DNA from: Gammaproteobacteria bacterium
GTDB lineage: Bacteria; Pseudomonadota; Gammaproteobacteria; Ga0077536
Direction of reading: 5' to 3'
DNA length: 64,000 bases
NCBI GenBank assembly: GCA_963662545.2
Contig: CAXXLL010000003.1
Coordinates: forward strand, 1,792,001-1,856,000
The notes beneath the pieces are model-generated. The model was not told the DNA's origin, did not search any database, and saw nothing but the letters and a program-made list of their open reading frames with translations. The position numbers were made by a program, and so were the translations under genes. Each line of letters opens with the position of its first letter. Position 1 is the stretch's first letter. This document shows, piece by piece, positions 59,004 through 64,000 of this stretch.

Positions 59004-59564
59004 TCAGGAATGACCGACGTCGCGCGAGATCGAGCCCAGATCGATACCGATCAGATGGGCTGCGCACTGCCAGCGCTCGTCGACCGCCGTGGTAAAAATG
59101 ATCTCCAGGTCGGCGGGGCCACTGAGCCAGGCGTTCTGCGCCATTTCCTGTTCGATCTGTCCCGCGCCCCAGCCGGCATAGCCGAGGGCTACCAGCGTGT
59201 CGTCCGGGCCCTTTCCTGCCGAGATGGCTTCCAGGATATCGCGCGAGGTCGAGACGCCGACTTCCTGATTGATGGTGATGGTCGAGCTCCACTCCCGGGC
59301 AGGTCGGTGAATCACGAAGCCGCGATCCTGGTGCACGGGTCCGCCCTGGTAGACCGGGCGCAAGGCCACATCCGGATCGTCGATGTTCAAATCCATCTGC
59401 GAGAGTACCTCGCCGAGTTCAATTTCGAGTGGCCGGTTGATCACGATCCCCATCGCGCCTTCCTCGCTGTGGGCGCATATATAAGTCACGGTGTGATGAA
59501 AATTCGGATCAGCCAGGGCCGGCATCGCGATCAAAAAGTGGTTTGTGAGGTCGAGGTCATGCAC
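59004..59564 (-). CDS. yqgE: YqgE/AlgH family protein
   Basis: FLIAMP..DPNF, GAMGIVINRP, GGPV, GYAGWGAGQIEQE..NAWL. Start uncertain. Confidence 0.93.
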   Translation of the reverse strand: MHDLDLTNHFLIAMPALADPNFHHTVTYICAHSEEGAMGIVINRPLEIELGEVLSQMDLNIDDPDVALRPVYQGGPVHQDRGFVIHRPAREWSSTITINQEVGVSTSRDILEAISAGKGPDDTLVALGYAGWGAGQIEQEMAQNAWLSGPADLEIIFTTAVDERWQCAAHLIGIDLGSISRDVGHS

Positions 59565-59631
59565 TTCAGCGACCAGTATTCCTCTCCGGACGCACACATT
59601 CAAGGCGCGGGTGCAATCTGTCCTAACCCGC

Positions 59632-60636
59632 TCAGCGTGCCGAAAACTTATTGCTGTTGAGGAATTTCCAGGTTCTGGTGACGTGCAGAATGTCTACTTC
59701 CCTGCGAATAGCGGGAGGAAAAGGCGCAAATGGTGAGGCGAGCTCAACGATCCGAATGGCGGCGTCGTCGAGAACCTTGTGCCCGGACGAGCGCCTCACG
59801 GTGATTTCCTGGACCGAGCCATCCGGATTGAGCGCGACGTCGAGCAGTAAATTCCCCGACAAGCGCCGGCGCCGGGCCTCGTCCGGGTAGTTGATATTGC
59901 CGATACGCTCCACCTTGGCGCGCCAGGCTTCCATGTAGGCCGCATAACGATATTCGCGCGTATTAGCGGAAATGTATTTACGCCGCGGACGCTTGGCGCG
60001 GGAATCGAGCCGTTGTTGCAGTTCCGCGTTGAGACTCGCGAGGGCGAATGAACGGGTCAGCAACTGTGCGGCTGTGGGCAGCGGCGGGGATTTGATCTGC
60101 GGACGCGGCGGCTTTTCCGCATCGCGCTGCGGGCTCTCGATCGGCGCGGGCGCTGCTTCTTCGAGCCGGTCGGGTTTTGCGAGATCGGCATCGGTGGCCG
60201 TCTCGACCAGGCGTTGTTCCACTTCTGCCGCGGCGTCGGCGGGCTCATCGGGCGATGCCTCAATCGGATCGGCAAGGGCAGCCTGTTCCGCCGACGAGGC
60301 GGGCAGCGGCTCGACCGGAGGCGCCGGCGTCGACGTAATGTCGGGCGTCTGGGCGGGAATCGGCGCCTTGACGGGCGCCGCCGGTGGATCGCTTTGCTCG
60401 GCATCGCCGCCGCCGATGAGGTTGGCCTGCGCCAACATGTCCGCATCCTCGGGCGCGCGATCGGATTTCTCGGGAACGAGGATGATTTCCAGTGATTCGT
60501 AGCGCGCTTCGGGCACCGGCTCGGGAGCGAAGCTTACGCCGAGCACCACCATGGCGTGCACGATAATGGCGAGGCAAATGGTCAAGCCCAGACGATCGTC
60601 TGGCGTGATGACCGGTTTTATCGCAACTGCGCTCAA
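59632..60636 (-). CDS. tonB: Energy transducer TonB family protein
   Basis: N-terminal TM, Pro/Ala-rich linker, YPDEARR, SSGHKVLDDAA; usual position between gshB and algH. Confidence 0.85.
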   Translation of the reverse strand: MSAVAIKPVITPDDRLGLTICLAIIVHAMVVLGVSFAPEPVPEARYESLEIILVPEKSDRAPEDADMLAQANLIGGGDAEQSDPPAAPVKAPIPAQTPDITSTPAPPVEPLPASSAEQAALADPIEASPDEPADAAAEVEQRLVETATDADLAKPDRLEEAAPAPIESPQRDAEKPPRPQIKSPPLPTAAQLLTRSFALASLNAELQQRLDSRAKRPRRKYISANTREYRYAAYMEAWRAKVERIGNINYPDEARRRRLSGNLLLDVALNPDGSVQEITVRRSSGHKVLDDAAIRIVELASPFAPFPPAIRREVDILHVTRTWKFLNSNKFSAR

Positions 60637-60708
60637 ATTGCGGGTCCATCCTCCCGCTCAGCGGTTGCCTTTCGCGATCTGGAGCATGGCGTGAATTGCT
60701 GCCGTTTG

Positions 60709-61662
60709 TTACAACCGTGCATCGATGGCCGCCATCAATCGTCCGCCGATATCGACGTCGAATTGCGCTTCGATCTCGCGAACGCAGGTCGGGCTGGTGA
60801 CATTTATTTCCGTGAGCTTGTCGCCGATCACGTCGAGACCCACGAATATCAAACCCCGTTGCTTGAGTTCGCCCGACACGCGCTCGCATATCGCGCGATC
60901 GCTGGCCGACAGGGCTTGGGCGACGCCCCGTCCGCCAGCGGCGAGGTTGCCGCGCAATTCTCCCTCCGCCGGTATTCGCGCCAAGGCATAGGGCACAGGT
61001 TCGCCGTCGACCATGAGAATGCGCTTGTCACCCTCGGCAATGGCCGGGAGATATCGCTGCGCCATGCAATAGCGGTGTTCGAGATCTGTGAGTGTCTCGA
61101 ATATCACGCTGGCGTTGGCATCGCCTTTCTGCACGCGGAACACGGACGCGCCGCCCATGCCGTCTAGAGGCTTGACCACGATATCGCGCTCGGTCTCGAG
61201 GAACGACCGCAGATCGCGCATGCGGCGCGTGACGATCGTCGGGGGGCACAGTTCAGAAAACCAGGCGGTGAACAGTTTCTCGCTGGCATCACGGATCGAA
61301 CGAGGATAATTGACGACGAGCGTGCCGTCGATCTGTGCGCGTTCGAGCATGTAAGTCGCAAACACGTATTCCATGTCGAAGGGCGGATCCTTGCGCATTA
61401 GAACGCAGTCGAGCCGCTTCAGCGGTTCCGGTACTTCGACCGCCGGCCCCTTGAAATCAAACCAATGTTCGAGAGAATCGTGGACGACCAGTGGACGGGT
61501 CCGCGCGCAGGCACGACCGTCGATCAAAACGAGGTCTTTCATCTCCATGTAGTGCAGTTCCCAACCGCACGCGCTCGCGGCCAGCAACAGCGCCAAGGTC
61601 GTGTCCTTCTCAGGCGTGATCCCGGCGATGGGATCCATGATTACGCCGAGGCGTTTTGGCAT
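60709..61662 (-). CDS. gshB: Glutathione synthetase
   Basis: VIMDPI, MRKDPPFD, KPLDGMGG, GDKRI, RGNLAAGG, EINVTSPTC. Confidence 0.97.
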   Translation of the reverse strand: MPKRLGVIMDPIAGITPEKDTTLALLLAASACGWELHYMEMKDLVLIDGRACARTRPLVVHDSLEHWFDFKGPAVEVPEPLKRLDCVLMRKDPPFDMEYVFATYMLERAQIDGTLVVNYPRSIRDASEKLFTAWFSELCPPTIVTRRMRDLRSFLETERDIVVKPLDGMGGASVFRVQKGDANASVIFETLTDLEHRYCMAQRYLPAIAEGDKRILMVDGEPVPYALARIPAEGELRGNLAAGGRGVAQALSASDRAICERVSGELKQRGLIFVGLDVIGDKLTEINVTSPTCVREIEAQFDVDIGGRLMAAIDARL

Positions 61663-61927
61663 CAGGCAGGGCTTACCGGTGCATTCATAAGCCGACACCT
61701 TACCACAGGAAAAACTGCTAGCATTGCGCTCCGGGTCACCCGTGATGTGTGGATTTTCGTGAGATCGGCGCTACATTTTCAAAGCCTGTTCCGCGTGTTT
61801 GCCCGCTCTCCCCGCAGCAGGGATTCGGTCGTGAATTCCGCGACGCTTAGATGCTGGAGGAGTGCTGAGGACCAATGATTTTCCTGCGCAGCGATCGTGA
61901 GCCTGGCGCGCTGTTCGACGGACTGAG

Positions 61928-62869
61928 ATGACTGCGAAGACGCTGATTCGAATCGCATCGCGTGCGAGCGAACTCGCTCTCTGGCAGAGCCGTCACGTCG
62001 CCCACTCCCTGGCGTCGACGCATGTGGATCTCCAAGTCGAACTCGTACCGATCATAACCGCCGGCGATCGCACGCTTGATTTACCGTTGGCCGGAATCGG
62101 TGGTAAGGGCCTGTTCATCAAGGAACTCGAGGTGGCCTTGATGGAGGACCGGGCCGATATAGCCGTGCACTCCATGAAAGATGTACCGGTGGAAATACCG
62201 TCCGGATTACACATTCCCGCCATATTGAAACGTGAAGACCCGCGTGATGTGCTGATAGCCCGAGCGGGCGGATCCTTGGCCGACCTGCCGGTGGGTGCAT
62301 GCGTCGGTACCTCGAGCCTCAGACGCAAGAGTCAGTTGCTGGCGGCGCGCGGTGATCTCGACGTGCGCGATCTCAGGGGCAATGTCCCGACCCGGATCAA
62401 AAAGCTGCTCGACGGTCCCTTCGATGCCATCGTGCTGGCAGCGGCCGGTCTGCGGCGCCTCGGTCTGATGGACGATCGCTGTTGCTTGATCGATACCGAG
62501 GTCGTACTGCCCGCGGTAGGCCAGGGCGCGATTGGGGTGGAGTGCCGCATGGGTGACGCCACGGTGGAAGGTCTGATCGGCCGGCTCAACGATGAAACGA
62601 CGGCACTTTGTGTCCGCGCCGAACGGTCCATGAATCTACGGCTCGGCGGCAACTGCAACGTCCCCGTCGCGGGGTATGCTGCCATCGACGGTAGCGAGTT
62701 GATGCTCGTCGGACTCGTCGCGGAAGTCGACGGCAGGCGAGTCGTGCGGCACACTGCGAGCGGACCTCCGCACCAGGCTGAGCGGATCGGTGCCGGGCTC
62801 GGCGAGCGGCTGCTGAATGCCGGTGCAGACCATATCCTGGAACATTTAAAGGACGCTGCAGAAAGATAA
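61928..62869 (+). CDS. hemC: Hydroxymethylbilane synthase
   Basis: R.SELALWQ, GGKGLFIKELE, AVHSMKDVP, GTSSLRR, RGNV.TR, GGNCNVP. Confidence 0.97.
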   Translation: MTAKTLIRIASRASELALWQSRHVAHSLASTHVDLQVELVPIITAGDRTLDLPLAGIGGKGLFIKELEVALMEDRADIAVHSMKDVPVEIPSGLHIPAILKREDPRDVLIARAGGSLADLPVGACVGTSSLRRKSQLLAARGDLDVRDLRGNVPTRIKKLLDGPFDAIVLAAAGLRRLGLMDDRCCLIDTEVVLPAVGQGAIGVECRMGDATVEGLIGRLNDETTALCVRAERSMNLRLGGNCNVPVAGYAAIDGSELMLVGLVAEVDGRRVVRHTASGPPHQAERIGAGLGERLLNAGADHILEHLKDAAER

Positions 62870-62875
62870 TTCGGC

Positions 62876-63658
62876 ATGAAACCCCTCGACGGAATTACCG
62901 TGCTCGTCACCCGGCCGCAAGCACAGGCCGAGAGTCTGGCATTGGCCATCGAGAAGGAGGGCGGAATCGCGATCCGCGCACCGATGCTCATCATCGGGTG
63001 CCTTAAAGACGATCAAACCGCCAGCCGGCTTGTCGCCGGACTTACTGATTTCGACATTGCCATCTTCGTCAGTAAGAACGCCGCCGAATGCGGTGTCGAA
63101 ATCGTCAAGGAACAGGGGCAGCCGCTCAACGGCTTGAAGATCTTTGCCGTTGGGCTCGGTACGGCCGGGCGATTGCGTGAACTCGGCGTCGCAAAGGTCG
63201 AAGTGCCGTCCAGCGAGTTCAGTTCCGAAGGCCTGCTGCGGCTGGATGGACTGGCGGAAGCGCAGGTCACCGATCAACGTATCCTCATCTTTCGCGGCAC
63301 GGAAGGACGCGAATATCTGGCCAAAACGCTAGAACGGCGTGGGGCCGAAGTCGTTTACTGTGAATGCTACGAGCGGCGAAAGCCGGAGATCGTGCTGGTC
63401 GATACCCTGAAGGATAATGACGTAAAAGTGCCGGATATCGGGCTCGCGACCAGCATCGAGGCCCTGGATAATCTGGCCGATAAGATTGAGGATGAGGGCC
63501 TCGATCACCTGTTCGACATGCAGATGCTGGTTGTCAGCTCACGGGTGGGCCAAGAAGTGGAATCGCTAGGTTTCACCAACCCGCCGCTCGTCGTTGAAAA
63601 TCCGGCTGACGAAAGCATAATCAAGCACCTGATCAATTGGGCCAACGACGAAATATGA
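62876..63658 (+). CDS. hemD: Uroporphyrinogen-III synthase
   Basis: VLVTRP, IFVSKNA, AVG.GTA, SSEGLL, RG..GRE.L, CYER. Confidence 0.92.
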   Translation: MKPLDGITVLVTRPQAQAESLALAIEKEGGIAIRAPMLIIGCLKDDQTASRLVAGLTDFDIAIFVSKNAAECGVEIVKEQGQPLNGLKIFAVGLGTAGRLRELGVAKVEVPSSEFSSEGLLRLDGLAEAQVTDQRILIFRGTEGREYLAKTLERRGAEVVYCECYERRKPEIVLVDTLKDNDVKVPDIGLATSIEALDNLADKIEDEGLDHLFDMQMLVVSSRVGQEVESLGFTNPPLVVENPADESIIKHLINWANDEI

Positions 63659-64000
63659 GCGACGTCGACCATAGTGGAAAGGCCTCTGCCGAGGCACAGG
63701 ACGCGGATCCGAGCAGCAGCGAAGCACCCTCGACCGCGGTCCGGCACAATCATTTACACGGATCGGTATTTTTCCTGTACGCATTCTTATTGATCGTGGG
63801 GGCGGCAGCTTACTACTGGTTCACCGAGAAACATGCCCCGGCGTTCGAAGATATCGTACGCCACGTCAACGCCATCGAGGGTGAGCGCGCACAAATTGAT
63901 ACGCGCGTTGAAAAAGCCGAGCAGATGAGCCGCAGCTTGGATGAAGCGCGACAGACGCTGACAGCCGACGTCGCTGCTTTGCAGAAGGCGCAACGCGCGC
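63655..64000 (+). CDS. hemX: HemX-like membrane protein (5' part; runs off the window)
   Basis: ATG overlaps the hemD stop; acidic N-terminus, one TM helix (FFLYAFLLIVGAAAYYWF), then coiled coil; conserved hemCDX order. Confidence 0.7.
   Translation, partial: MSDVDHSGKASAEAQDADPSSSEAPSTAVRHNHLHGSVFFLYAFLLIVGAAAYYWFTEKHAPAFEDIVRHVNAIEGERAQIDTRVEKAEQMSRSLDEARQTLTADVAALQKAQRA

Overview
GC-rich gammaproteobacterial chromosome window with three parts. (1) 0.3-16.2 kb: a co-directional methylamine / N-methylglutamate (NMG) cluster. It has mgsABC, mgdABCD, a canonical gmaS, an XRE-cupin regulator and a divergent Amt. It also carries extra genes: a second, atypical gamma-glutamylamide ligase with an orphan FAD oxidoreductase, a small acidic protein and a free-standing B3/B4 tRNA-editing-domain protein. 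(2) Housekeeping backbone: mutM, a GldAFG-like ABC transporter, desA, rpmG/rpmB, radC, coaBC, algC, argB, slmA, pyrE, xth, metXW, yggT-proC-yggS, pilT-pilU-pilU, pyrR-pyrB-pyrC'-pyrK, ruvX, yqgE, tonB, gshB and hemCDX. It is scattered with MITE, REP and attC-like relics. (3) A ~10.8 kb accessory segment (31109-41923) bounded by an identical 28-bp direct repeat. It contains IS21 and IS3 relics, a membrane-anchored copper trio (PmoD/AmoD-like protein, two-domain multicopper oxidase, cupredoxin) and a coxMNOPQ-type cytochrome c oxidase operon. The best candidates for an undescribed system are the B3/B4 protein inside the NMG operon (possible trans-editing of tRNAs mischarged with methylated Glu/Gln) and the PmoD-MCO-cupredoxin module, which has no pmo/amo genes in this window. 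pyrE lacks two residues in its PRPP-binding motif. No rRNA, intact tRNA or CRISPR array was seen. All family calls come from motif recognition by eye; no database searches were run.
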